Source: Candidatus Dormiibacterota bacterium (GTDB lineage: Bacteria > Chloroflexota > Dormibacteria > Aeolococcales > Aeolococcaceae). Taken from it: 64,000 nt of DNA. Shown here piece by piece: positions 1 to 9,535 of this stretch (positions are counted from its first letter, which is position 1; each line of letters begins with the position of its first letter). The notes under the pieces are model-generated. The model made no database searches. It saw only the letters and a list, made by a program, of their open reading frames with translations, and was not told the DNA's origin. The stretch is from contig CAVPXI010000014.1 in assembly GCA_963709585.1 (NCBI GenBank), positions 96,001-160,000 on the forward strand, written 5' to 3'. The translations under genes and the position numbers were made by a program.

Positions 1-1130
1 TCGCGGTTCAAGGCGGCGAGCCCGGCGCCGATGACCACCATCGCAAAGCCTGCCCAGATCCAGAGGTAGCCGATGATCATCGCGATGTCTACGATCGGCA
101 AGCTCAGGATCGCCTGCATTGTCGGGCTCAACGAGCCGGTCGGCGTCAGCGATTGCGTGCCAAGAAAGAAGATGCCGCTGAAGCCTGCATGGAAGTTGCT
201 GGCGTCGATCTGCACCCGGTAGTTGCCCGAGCCGACACCGTCGAACTTGAACGTGCCATTCGCCGCCGTGGTGGTGGTCGCCGTAGCGGAGCCGCCTGAG
301 CTCAGCAGCGAGAGATGCAACCCCGGGACGCCATCCTCGTCGGGGAATATCTGGCCTCGCTGAGTGGGGTGAGTCGGTGAGAAGTCACGCCACACCAGCC
401 CGGTGACAGCTCCCGACGCCGCCGTCGGCGCCACCGCCGCGACCGCTCCGTTCTGCTGCAACGCCGTGGGACTGATCGCGATGAGTCCGAGTTCGAGGGT
501 GCCTCCCGCAGCGACGGTCGTCTTGCTCTCGAGGGTGCCCCCCGGTCCCGGCTGCACCCCGGTGGCGGCCAGGCCCGACACGGTCTGACCGGTGGTCGGG
601 TCGATCGGGTACAGCCCCGGGGGATTGACGGCGTTGCTGACTCCCTGAATCGCGGCGTTGACCATGCCGGTATGGGGATCGATGAAGAAGATCGACGCCC
701 ACGTCAACCCCGCGGCGGTCGCGCTGAACACGAGCGGCATGAACACGATCGTCTTGAATGCCGTCGACCAACGAATGCGTTCGGTGAGCACCGCGAAGAC
801 GAGGCCGAAGAACGTGACCAGGAACGGAAACAGCACGACCCAGACGACGTTGTTCTTGAGCGAGACGATGATGTCGGTCGTCGAGAAGACGGCTTTGTAG
901 TTGCCGAGCCCGATGAAGTTCTGGCCGCTGGCATCGAACAGGCTCCGCACCACGGTGGCGATGAACGGATACACCACGATGATCAGCAGCCAGACAGCAC
1001 CTGGAAGGAGGAAGAGCAGCGAGCCGAGGTGGCTTCGGAAGCCGCCCCCGCCCGCCGGCGTGCTCGTGGTCGGCAGGATTTCCGCGGGCGCAGCCGGCAG
1101 GGATTCGGAGGTCGGAACGGCTACCGCCAC
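1..1130 (-). CDS. Carbohydrate ABC transporter permease (MalF/AglF-like) with an inserted extracytoplasmic SdrD-B/Cna-B-like domain; 3' end lies outside the window
   Basis: Manual translation from GTG at 1130: LLFLLPGAVWLLIIVVYP, FIGLGNY, NNVVWVVLFP, FKTIVFMP, then VTGLVWRD...TTTTAANGTFKFDGVGSGNYRVQI, then WIWAGFAMVVIGAGL. Both ends are in the same frame, and the gene is divergent from a sugar-binding lipoprotein. Confidence 0.85.
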   Translation of the reverse strand, partial: MAVAVPTSESLPAAPAEILPTTSTPAGGGGFRSHLGSLLFLLPGAVWLLIIVVYPFIATVVRSLFDASGQNFIGLGNYKAVFSTTDIIVSLKNNVVWVVLFPFLVTFFGLVFAVLTERIRWSTAFKTIVFMPLVFSATAAGLTWASIFFIDPHTGMVNAAIQGVSNAVNPPGLYPIDPTTGQTVSGLAATGVQPGPGGTLESKTTVAAGGTLELGLIAISPTALQQNGAVAAVAPTAASGAVTGLVWRDFSPTHPTQRGQIFPDEDGVPGLHLSLLSSGGSATATTTTAANGTFKFDGVGSGNYRVQIDASNFHAGFSGIFFLGTQSLTPTGSLSPTMQAILSLPIVDIAMIIGYLWIWAGFAMVVIGAGLAALNR

Positions 1131-1320
1131 GTTCGAGCCTTCACCACAGTGCCGGAGATGCTACTTGTGCGGACGGGCGACCGCAACCCCGGTATCACCC
1201 ATTGGTATGAGAACCGATCTGAGGCAGTTGCGTTTCGCGGACAGGTGGAGTACACCGATGCATTACGCACTGGATCGCCGGGGGCTGGGCGAGGGTTTTG
1301 CCCCCGTGAGGAGGACCTTT

Positions 1321-2706
1321 ATGACGCAGGTCAGCACGCTGAGCAGGCTGGCGGTGGTGACGGCCGGAGTCCTGGGAATCGCGACCGCATGCGGTTCGAC
1401 ATCGACGCCCGCAACGTCATCGAGTTCGAGCTCATCGAGCGCGAAGATCGGCGGATCGGTCACGGTCTGGGCCGAATGGACGTCACAGGAGCAGCAGGAC
1501 TTCCTGGCCGCGCTGGCGCCGTTTGAGGCGTCGACTGGCATCACCGTGAACTACCAGGGCAAGGGCAACAACATGAGCACCGTGCTCACCACCGCGGTGT
1601 CGGGCGGGTCACCGCCGGACGTGGCCCTCGTCGCCGACCCGGGCACGCTGCAAACCCTGGCCAAGCAAGGCTCGATCAAGGATCTGACCAGCATCGTCGG
1701 CGGCATGGCCTCCAACTTCGGTGCCGCCTGGAACACGCTGGCGACCTACAACGGCAAGCTGTACGGCGTGTGGTTCAAGGGCGCGAACAAGAACACCATC
1801 TTTTACAACCCGGCGCTGTTCACCGCGGCGGGCATCACGTCGCCGCCCACCACGTGGGAGCAGCTGCTCACCGACGCCGCGCAGCTGAAGGCAGCCGGCG
1901 AGACACCCTTCTCGTTGTGCACCGACATCGGCTGGCCGGTCGCGGATATGTGGCAGAACATCTATCTCAAGACCGCCGGCGCCGCGGACTACGACAAGCT
2001 GGCGACGCACACGCTCAAGTGGACCGATCCGACGGTGACCACGGCCTTCACGACCATGGCCCAGCTGGTCGGCCAGACCTCGTACTTGCTTGGTGGACTG
2101 CAGGGTTCGCTGTCCCTCACGTACCCGACGTGCGCGGACAAGGTGTTCCCCAAGCCACCGGCGCAGCCGCAGGCGGCGATGGTGGCCGAGGGCGACTTCG
2201 TGGTCAGCGAGATCGCCGGAAACTCCGCTAATTACAACCCGGGGACGACCGGCGCCGGCGGCGCGGCGTGCACCGCGAGCCCCGCGAGCAAGCCGTGCTT
2301 CGACTTCTTCTCATTCCCGGCGCCGGCAGCGGACAGCGCGAACAGCGGAGCCATCCAGGGTGCGGGTGACGTGGCGATGATGCTGAATGCGACGCCACAG
2401 GCGACCGCGCTCATCAAGTACCTTGCCGGCCCCGAGGGCGGCACCATCTGGGCTCACCTGGGTGGCTTCGCGTCGCCTAACAACCAGGTGAAGACGAGTG
2501 CCTACCCGGATCCCGTCACCCAGGCCGACGCCCAGGCCCTGGTCAGCGCGAGCAGCTTCGTTTTCAGCCTCGACGATCTCCAGGGAAGCTGGGAGCCGAA
2601 GATGTGGGCGGATCTGATCGACTTCCTCAAGAACCCCAGCAGCTCGAACATCTCCTCGATCGAGTCGACGATGGACACGCAGGCGGCGGCCGCTCTCGGC
2701 CACTGA
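1321..2706 (+). CDS. Sugar ABC transporter substrate-binding lipoprotein (AglE/alpha-glucoside-like)
   Basis: RBS GAGGAGGA before ATG 1321; lipobox IATAC followed by a Ser-rich linker; SBP motifs FEASTGITVNY, PPDVAL, NGKLYGVW, PTTWEQL. Confidence 0.9.
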   Translation: MTQVSTLSRLAVVTAGVLGIATACGSTSTPATSSSSSSSSAKIGGSVTVWAEWTSQEQQDFLAALAPFEASTGITVNYQGKGNNMSTVLTTAVSGGSPPDVALVADPGTLQTLAKQGSIKDLTSIVGGMASNFGAAWNTLATYNGKLYGVWFKGANKNTIFYNPALFTAAGITSPPTTWEQLLTDAAQLKAAGETPFSLCTDIGWPVADMWQNIYLKTAGAADYDKLATHTLKWTDPTVTTAFTTMAQLVGQTSYLLGGLQGSLSLTYPTCADKVFPKPPAQPQAAMVAEGDFVVSEIAGNSANYNPGTTGAGGAACTASPASKPCFDFFSFPAPAADSANSGAIQGAGDVAMMLNATPQATALIKYLAGPEGGTIWAHLGGFASPNNQVKTSAYPDPVTQADAQALVSASSFVFSLDDLQGSWEPKMWADLIDFLKNPSSSNISSIESTMDTQAAAALGH

Positions 2707-2803
2707 CCAAGTCACCTCGCGCAAGCGCGGCCGGTCCGGCTCGGAAGCACGAGCCGGGCTGGCCGACAGCGCACCATCCGGGGGGCTGCGCCGGGTAACC
2801 CGA

Positions 2804-3868
2804 ATGCTAGGCTCCGGCAGCGTGGAGGAACGCGCTGTCGTGAGCCCAACGCCGCGAGGATTGCTCACCCGTTTTCTCAACGGCTCCGGCGTGGAGCTCG
2901 GGCCGGGTCATCACCCGATGCCCCTCCCCTTTCCGGGCGTTTCGGTCCGCTACGTGGACCGCTGGCAGCCCGAGGAGAACCTCGCCTTGTTCACCAACAT
3001 CGAGGCCGGGGCAACGTTTCCCAAGCCCGACATCGTCGCCAACCTCGACGTCGACCGCCTCTCGGCTCTTCCTGACGAGAGCCAGGACTTCGTGATCGCG
3101 AGCCATCTGCTCGAGCACCTTGCCGATCCACTCACGCAGATCGACGAGATCCACCGGGTCCTGAGGCCGGGCGCGGTCGTACTCGTCTTTCTTCCCGATC
3201 GGCGCTACACGTTTGATCGCAAGCGGTCCGCGACCCCACTCGCGCATCTCATCGCCGAGCATCGAGAACGGGTCACCGTTGTCAGCGACGAGCACATCGA
3301 GGATTACCTGCGAAAGACCGACGTCTGGGACCCCTCATGGACGCCGGAGCAGGAGCGCGAACAGTTCGAGCTGAACCGCCAGCGATCGATTCACGTCCAC
3401 TGCTGGTCGGAGGACGAATTCCTGCCGGTGCTCGAGTACACCGTCCTCGAGATGGGGATGCGCTGGGAGCTGCTCGACGCCATGTTTGTCGAAGACGTTC
3501 CCGGGGGATTTGAATTCGGATTCGTGCTGCGCCGCTCGCCGGTGGCGGCGGAGCCCGCAGTGATGGCGGAACACCTTCGGCTGTCCTGGCAGGTGCTCGC
3601 GTCGAAGTCGCGCCAGCACGCCGAGGCTGAGCGGCAGATTGCACGGCTCCGTGCGCTGCCGGGCTTTCCGGTGATGCAGCGCGCGTGGCGCGTGCAGCGC
3701 CGGCTGCGCCAGGATTTGACCAGGGCGCTCGACGGCACGCGGGCGGCGACCGTGTTCTCGAGCGGACGTCGCTCGCTAGGCTTGCAACACCGCCGCGACC
3801 GCGCCCACGACGAAGATCAGGGCAAGGTAGGCGAGCGAGTAGTGGAACAGCACCGCCGCAGCGTGTGA
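2804..3868 (+). CDS. Class I SAM-dependent methyltransferase domain protein (Methyltransf_11-like)
   Basis: GVELGPG, DFVIASHLLEH and HRVLRPGA motifs. Start uncertain (2804 or GTG 2840); 3' end overlaps the convergent cyoE. Confidence 0.75.
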   Translation: MLGSGSVEERAVVSPTPRGLLTRFLNGSGVELGPGHHPMPLPFPGVSVRYVDRWQPEENLALFTNIEAGATFPKPDIVANLDVDRLSALPDESQDFVIASHLLEHLADPLTQIDEIHRVLRPGAVVLVFLPDRRYTFDRKRSATPLAHLIAEHRERVTVVSDEHIEDYLRKTDVWDPSWTPEQEREQFELNRQRSIHVHCWSEDEFLPVLEYTVLEMGMRWELLDAMFVEDVPGGFEFGFVLRRSPVAAEPAVMAEHLRLSWQVLASKSRQHAEAERQIARLRALPGFPVMQRAWRVQRRLRQDLTRALDGTRAATVFSSGRRSLGLQHRRDRAHDEDQGKVGERVVEQHRRSV

Positions 3869-4729
3869 TGACCCTTTCGCCCGAGCCCAAAGCGCCAGCC
3901 CGAGATAGCAGCCGCCGAGCACACCGGCTCCCACCGTGTAACCGATGCCGAGCATGAGTCCTGGGAGCAGGCTCGCAGCGATCAGGGCAAGCAGGTACAG
4001 AAGGATCCGCCGGTGGGTCCGGGCGGTACCGATGATCCCCGGGAGCATCGGCACGCTCGCGTTGCGGTAGTCACGTCGAAGCAGGAGCGCCAGCGACCAG
4101 AAGTGTGGCGGGGTCCACAGGAATACCAGCGCAAAGAGCACGAACGCCGGCCATCCGACGTTGTCCTGGACCGCCGCCCATCCGACGAGCGGTGGAAACG
4201 CGCCGGCGGCGCCACCGATGACGATGTTGAGCGGTGTTCTGCGCTTGAGCAGCATGGTGTAGATGAGGACGTAGAAGAGCCCGCCACCGAGCGCCAGCGC
4301 TGCCGCCAGGGTGTTCACGGCAACACTGAACACCACCACCGACGCGACGATCAGCGAGACCCCAAAGGTGAGCGCCTGCCACGGAAGAATGCGACCCGAC
4401 GGGAGCGGACGGCTGCAGGTCCGCGCCATCACCCGGTCGATGTCGCGGTCGTACCAGCAGTTGATCGCGCCGGAGCCTCCGGACGCGAGCGCGCCGCCGA
4501 GCGCCGCCCAGAAGAGCAGCGGGAGTGATGGAACGCCGCGCGCGGCGATGAACATCGTCGCGACTTCGGTGATGAGCAGCAGGACGATGATTCGGGGCTT
4601 GGCGAGGCTGATGTAGTCGCGAGCGTTGGCTCGGATGTCGGTCGACATGCCGAGTGCGACCCCGCCGGCAGCTCCGGCCACGCCGATGGCGTCCGGTGGG
4701 CTCATCGCGATGTCTGCGCTGGTTTGCAT
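3776..4729 (-). CDS. cyoE: Protoheme IX farnesyltransferase (heme O synthase)
   Basis: KPRII, NCWYDRDIDRVMARTCSRPLPSG, YTMLLKRRTP, GAFPPLVGW, WTPPHFWSL, DYRNASVPML. Alternative start at 4648. Confidence 0.95.
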   Translation of the reverse strand: MQTSADIAMSPPDAIGVAGAAGGVALGMSTDIRANARDYISLAKPRIIVLLLITEVATMFIAARGVPSLPLLFWAALGGALASGGSGAINCWYDRDIDRVMARTCSRPLPSGRILPWQALTFGVSLIVASVVVFSVAVNTLAAALALGGGLFYVLIYTMLLKRRTPLNIVIGGAAGAFPPLVGWAAVQDNVGWPAFVLFALVFLWTPPHFWSLALLLRRDYRNASVPMLPGIIGTARTHRRILLYLLALIAASLLPGLMLGIGYTVGAGVLGGCYLGLALWARAKGSSHAAAVLFHYSLAYLALIFVVGAVAAVLQA

Positions 4730-4737
4730 GCCCTCTC

Positions 4738-5265
4738 CTACGCGCTGCCGGTCCGCGATGTGCCCAGGAGCGTGGTGATCTCGGCATTGAAATCCGCAAC
4801 ACTCATGGTCCCCAGTCCTCCGAGCACGACGTCGGCGACCTTGCCCTGCGTGCTGAGAAAGACCAGCGCCGGCGCCGATGGTATCCGGTAGTCGACGGCG
4901 AGCGTCGCATTGGTGTCCGCGATGCTGGCATAGGGCACCCGGAATGTCGATTGAAACGCGAGTGCCGGCCGCGTCGTGTCTCGCAGGTCGATGCCCAGGA
5001 ACGAAACACCGCGGGCGGACCACGTCGCGAACGCGGTGTTCAACGCGGGCTGCTCATCGTGGCAGGGCCCGCACCACGATGCCCAGAAGATGAGCACCAC
5101 GGGATGGCCGCGCAATGAGGTGATGCTCACGTCCTTCCCGGCGAGCGTTGGGCCACCGGACGCGCTGACCTGCTCGGACGGGGCCGATGTCACGTGAGGC
5201 GCACCGCAGGCGGCGACGAGCACGGCGACCGCGCAACCTAGCACGACACGACGATTGCCGCTCAC
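4738..5265 (-). CDS. TlpA/ResA-like thiol-disulfide oxidoreductase lipoprotein
   Basis: Lipobox VAAC; FWASWCGPC active site; YRIPS cis-Pro motif; lies inside the oxidase operon. Confidence 0.9.
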   Translation of the reverse strand: MSGNRRVVLGCAVAVLVAACGAPHVTSAPSEQVSASGGPTLAGKDVSITSLRGHPVVLIFWASWCGPCHDEQPALNTAFATWSARGVSFLGIDLRDTTRPALAFQSTFRVPYASIADTNATLAVDYRIPSAPALVFLSTQGKVADVVLGGLGTMSVADFNAEITTLLGTSRTGSA

Positions 5266-6710
5266 GGTTGCGGAGCCACCGCGTTCGCCGCGGATCGGTC
5301 ATCGACCTCGAACCACCGGATTCCCAGGTAGAGCAGCGCGATGAGGAAGGGTGTGCCGCCCGGGACCCACATCACACCGGCGGCGATCTCCTGGTCCGCG
5401 AGCAGGCTGAGGCCTCCGGTCGGCGTCGGGTACGCGTACAGCGGATTGGTCGCGTATGCGATCAGGATGGCGAGACCCCAACTCACGAACATCCCAAGCA
5501 GGACCACCGCCGCGCGCCCCAGCAGTGACAGTCGCCCGGTTGCGTGGAGCGGGCTGATCACCTGGTCCCAGAACAACAGCCCGACCACGAGAAACGTCAG
5601 GTGCTCGAGATCGTGTACCGATGCGATCCGCAGCGTCGCGTCGTAGATGGCAGGGGTATGCCAGACGAGGAGGTCGACGCTGAACGCGAGCACGACCACG
5701 CTCGCAGCTCTCGAACCCGAATGGAGTACGTGCACGACACGTGCCGGCCACGTTCCCTCGACTTCGATCGGCCGTCCCTGGGCGGCCAGATACCCGGCCC
5801 ACGCGGTTCGAAACGGATCAGCAAGCAGGATGAGTGGAGGTGCGACCAGCAGCAGGAGGACGTGCTGCACCATGTGATCCCACTGCAGCGTGGTGTCGAA
5901 GTACGAGATCGGTGACACCAGCGCGAGCAGGAGCGCACCGATGCCGAGCGCGAACGCCGTATCCCCGTTGTCCCATGTTGTTCCGCGTCCCAGGGCCACA
6001 GAGGCTGTTCGCCGCCCGCGCCAGTACAGATAGGCCGCGGTGGCACAGCCCACGATCGGTACTGGTTCGAAACTCCAGTTGAGCAGCGGTGGCCAGAGCA
6101 TGCCTGCGGATGAGGCGTACTGGATCAGCAGGTATACCGCGATGGAGACGCCGGTAATGTAGGCCCACTGCTCCAGGATGGCCCGGGCATGCGCCGAACC
6201 GAGGCGATCAGTGCCGCGCACGTGCCCCATGATCAGGCTGAGCAACCAGGCCGCGACCCCGATGAACTCAGCAAGCAGGACCGCATACCACAGCGTCGAG
6301 ATATCAGCGTACGTACCGGCGCTGTTGAGCGTCCAGTTGAACTGGTACATGAGTAGGATCCTCACGGCCCCCGTGAGCACTGTGGCCAGGAATGCCAACC
6401 AGAGCAATCCCGTGACCGCGCTGGATTCGCGTGCGCTGCTGACAGCATTCGAAACCGCCAGGAGAGCGACCACCCCGACGACCGGGAACGCGAGTGCGAT
6501 CAACGCCAGCACCTGCGGCGGCGTACCGACGCCACTCGGGTGCCACATGCTCCCGAAGTTATTGGCTCGCAGATACAGGAATGCGAAGAGCAGGCTCAAC
6601 TGAAGCGTCGTGTTCGACGCGATCACCAGCCGCGAACTGAAGATGAGCGTATGCCCGCCACCTTGAGTCTCGTCCATAACGGATAGTCCGGTGGGACTGG
6701 CCTCACTCAT
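5262..6710 (-). CDS. ctaG: Divergent cytochrome oxidase subunit III-like domain in frame with a CtaG (caa3-type) assembly factor
   Basis: N-terminal ~200 aa are multi-TM with IASN..FAFLYLR (subunit III-like). The C-terminal part has HMVQHVLL, WHTPAIYD, HDLEH and DQEIAAGVMWVPG (CtaG). An internal Met at ~6101 could be a separate start. Confidence 0.75.
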   Translation of the reverse strand: MSEASPTGLSVMDETQGGGHTLIFSSRLVIASNTTLQLSLLFAFLYLRANNFGSMWHPSGVGTPPQVLALIALAFPVVGVVALLAVSNAVSSARESSAVTGLLWLAFLATVLTGAVRILLMYQFNWTLNSAGTYADISTLWYAVLLAEFIGVAAWLLSLIMGHVRGTDRLGSAHARAILEQWAYITGVSIAVYLLIQYASSAGMLWPPLLNWSFEPVPIVGCATAAYLYWRGRRTASVALGRGTTWDNGDTAFALGIGALLLALVSPISYFDTTLQWDHMVQHVLLLLVAPPLILLADPFRTAWAGYLAAQGRPIEVEGTWPARVVHVLHSGSRAASVVVLAFSVDLLVWHTPAIYDATLRIASVHDLEHLTFLVVGLLFWDQVISPLHATGRLSLLGRAAVVLLGMFVSWGLAILIAYATNPLYAYPTPTGGLSLLADQEIAAGVMWVPGGTPFLIALLYLGIRWFEVDDRSAANAVAPQP

Positions 6711-6712
6711 GC

Positions 6713-8643
6713 TCAGGCTCCACTCAATGCCGGTACGGCAGGTCCGAAGTCTGCCGCCGGCTTCCCAGTGTCGTAATTGTCTGGGAGCGACCACGAAACC
6801 GGCATCCGATCAAAGTTGAAGGTGGGCACCGGCGTCGGCACCTGCCACTCGACGCCGAGCGACTCCCATGGGTTGGCTGCGGCGACACGCTGCTTGATGA
6901 CAACCTCCCAGATGAGAATGCCGAGGAAGAGCGACATGGAGAGACCCAGCGCGAGCGCGAAGATCGACGCGCTGTCGTTCAGCGGTTGGAGGTACGCTGC
7001 ATAGCTGATGTCGCGGCGCGGCATCCCGAGAATTCCAACGGCGATGAGCGAGATGAACGTCCCATTGAAGGTGAGGAACACCGCCCAGAACTGGTAGCGC
7101 AGGAGCTTGATGTCCATGGTCCGGCCGGTCATCTTCGGAAGGTAATAGACGATCCCGGCCATGAGCGCGAAGACCTCCCCACCCATGATCGTGTAGTGGA
7201 AGTGTGCCTGCACGAAGTAGCTTGCATGGAGCGTGAAGTCGCTCGGGACGTCGGAGAGAAAGACGCCCGTGAACCCACCGATCAGGAAGTTGAAGAAGAA
7301 GGCGAAGATGAAGAGCATCGGGGTGCCGAAGCGAGTTCGAGCGCGCCATAGCGTTCCCAACGCCACCAGGTAGATGATCCCCGTCGGCACCGAGATCATC
7401 TCCGTGGAGAACATGTAGAAGGGTCGCAGCGAGGGTGCGATGCCGCTGACAAACAGGTGGTGCTGCCAGACCACGAAGCTCAGCACGCCGACACCGACCA
7501 TGCCGCCGATTCCTACGCGACGTCCCCAGAGCGGCTTTCTGGCGAAGGCCGGGAGCATCTCCATGACCAGGCCAAAGGCGGGGACGACAAAGATGTAGAC
7601 CTCGGGGTGGCCGAAGAACCAGAAGAGGTTCTCCCACAAGTACGGCGAGCCACCACCCGCGGGGATGAAGAACGTCGCCTGATAGGTGCGGCTGAACATC
7701 TCCATCAGGACCGCGACGATCAGTGCTGGCGCTGCGAGCGCGCCGAGGAACGACGTCACCAGCACTGACCACACGAATACCGGCATCCGGCTCAGGGGCA
7801 TCTCCGGAGCCCGCTTGGTCAGGATCGTCGCGATCATGTTCAAACCAGACAGCGCGATCGAGAGGCCGATCAGGGCGAAGCCCATGAGGTAGGAGTCCAT
7901 GCCGAGGACGTTCTGGTCGGAGAGCGGCGCATAGCCCGTCCACCCCGTGGTGAAGCCACCGAGAAAGACCGTGGAGAGCAGGATCAAGCCGCAGGCGGGA
8001 GGAGCCAGAACGTGAGCGCCTCGAGGCGCGGGAATGCCATGTTGCGCGCGCCGATCATGATCGGCACGAAGTAGTTGCCGAACGGACCGATGATCGCTGT
8101 CGACGCCATGAAGATCATCAGCGTGCTGTGAAGGCCAACCAGCGTCAGATATGACTGGGCGTTCGCCACCGACGGCACGGGAGTCAGCAGCTCGGTCCGA
8201 ATGAACATGGCCCCCAGCCCGCCGATGAACAGGAAGGCGAGGATCATCACCATGTACTGCATTCCGATCACCTTGTGATCGGTGGTCATGCGGAAGTACC
8301 GAAGGAGGCCCCCGCCCTCACCGTGCAGGTAGGCGTTGTCCTCCTCGGTGGGCCTCTTGGCGCCGAAAAGACGGCCGATCGGGTAGTTGAAGAACCCCAT
8401 GCCGGCAAGGAATCCGGCGGCGCTCATGGCGTAGCCGAGCAGAATCCCGGGATCGGAGCCAAGCGAGGTCGGTTCGCCGCCGGCGCCGTAGAAGTTGGAG
8501 ATGGCTCCACTGCCGAGGGCGTACCCGGCGATGAAGCCGATCACTGCGCCGATCAGTCCGAGCAACAGCCCCCACTCATTGAGCCGCCGTGCCAGGGTCG
8601 GCCGTGTCGACATCGATGGCCGGGCGGTGGTTACAGCGTCCAC
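6713..8643 (-). CDS. ctaD: Heme-copper oxidase subunit I, A-family-like (one frameshift near 7985, probably a sequencing error)
   Basis: TTDHKVIG, LHSTLMIF, WFFGHPEVY, WQHH, AHFHY and GMPRR are split across ORFs 7984..8730 and 6713..7987. GTG 8643 follows RBS GAGGGAG. Confidence 0.93.
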
Positions 8644-8680
8644 ATCTGCTCCCTCGTGTGTGTATGCGAGTAGAACGCGG

Positions 8681-9532
8681 TCACGGCGCGTAGACCCCCG
8701 GCTGGGGGAGGTTCGAGCCGGCGTAAACATGGCTGTAGGGCGGGAGGTACTGCATCACCGGGGCATCCAGCGCCGTCTGCTGCTGAATCCACGCGGAGAA
8801 ATCCGTGGCGCTCACCACCATCGCGGTGTCGTCGGTCATGTTGCCGTGCCAGAGACCGCAGAGCTCGGAGCACTGGACGCGATAGGTGCCTGTCTGCGTC
8901 GGCGTCGCGGTCACGACGTTGTCGTTGAGAGGCACGGCGTCAGCCTTCACGCCGAGCGCGTAGAACCAGAACGAGTGGATAACGTCCAGCGACGTGACGT
9001 GGAACTCAATTTTCTGGTTGACGGGTAACACGAGCTGAGCGGTCTCGATGCCGCCATATGCTGGATATCGGTAGGTGAACCACCACTGCTGGGCGATCAC
9101 CTGCACCTCGAGTGGCTGATCGGCCGTCGCCGGCATCGGCAGCGAGGCTGCGGTGGTTGAGATGCCGGCCCCCGGCTGGTCGATGGCGAGCGCCACGGTG
9201 CCGTAGACAGCCAGGCTCAGCACGACGACGAGCGTGGTCGCGATCCAGGTGGTCTGGGCCCGCGTATTGCCTCGAAGCTCGCTCGCGCTCACCTCGGCCG
9301 TGGGCGGGGCCAGTCGGTTGACCACCAGGGTGAAGAACAGCGCCGCAAGGACCGCGGAGAAGACGGGCCACGCGATCACAGAGAGCACCAGGATCACGAG
9401 GCTCTCGCTGGAGGCGAGGTCAGAGGCTTGCCCCGGCGGGATCGGGCCGAGCGCCAGCGCCACATCGCCGGCCACGGCGAGGACGAACCAGACGATGAGC
9501 ACGACCCGGATTGCGGTGGCTCTGTTTCTCAT
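8681..9532 (-). CDS. ctaC: Cytochrome c oxidase subunit II with CuA site and no fused cytochrome c
   Basis: Two TM helices, AQQWWFTYRY, DVIHSFW, CSELCGLWHGNM (CuA ligands). No CxxCH motif. Confidence 0.93.
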   Translation of the reverse strand: MRNRATAIRVVLIVWFVLAVAGDVALALGPIPPGQASDLASSESLVILVLSVIAWPVFSAVLAALFFTLVVNRLAPPTAEVSASELRGNTRAQTTWIATTLVVVLSLAVYGTVALAIDQPGAGISTTAASLPMPATADQPLEVQVIAQQWWFTYRYPAYGGIETAQLVLPVNQKIEFHVTSLDVIHSFWFYALGVKADAVPLNDNVVTATPTQTGTYRVQCSELCGLWHGNMTDDTAMVVSATDFSAWIQQQTALDAPVMQYLPPYSHVYAGSNLPQPGVYAP

Positions 9533-9535
9533 CGG

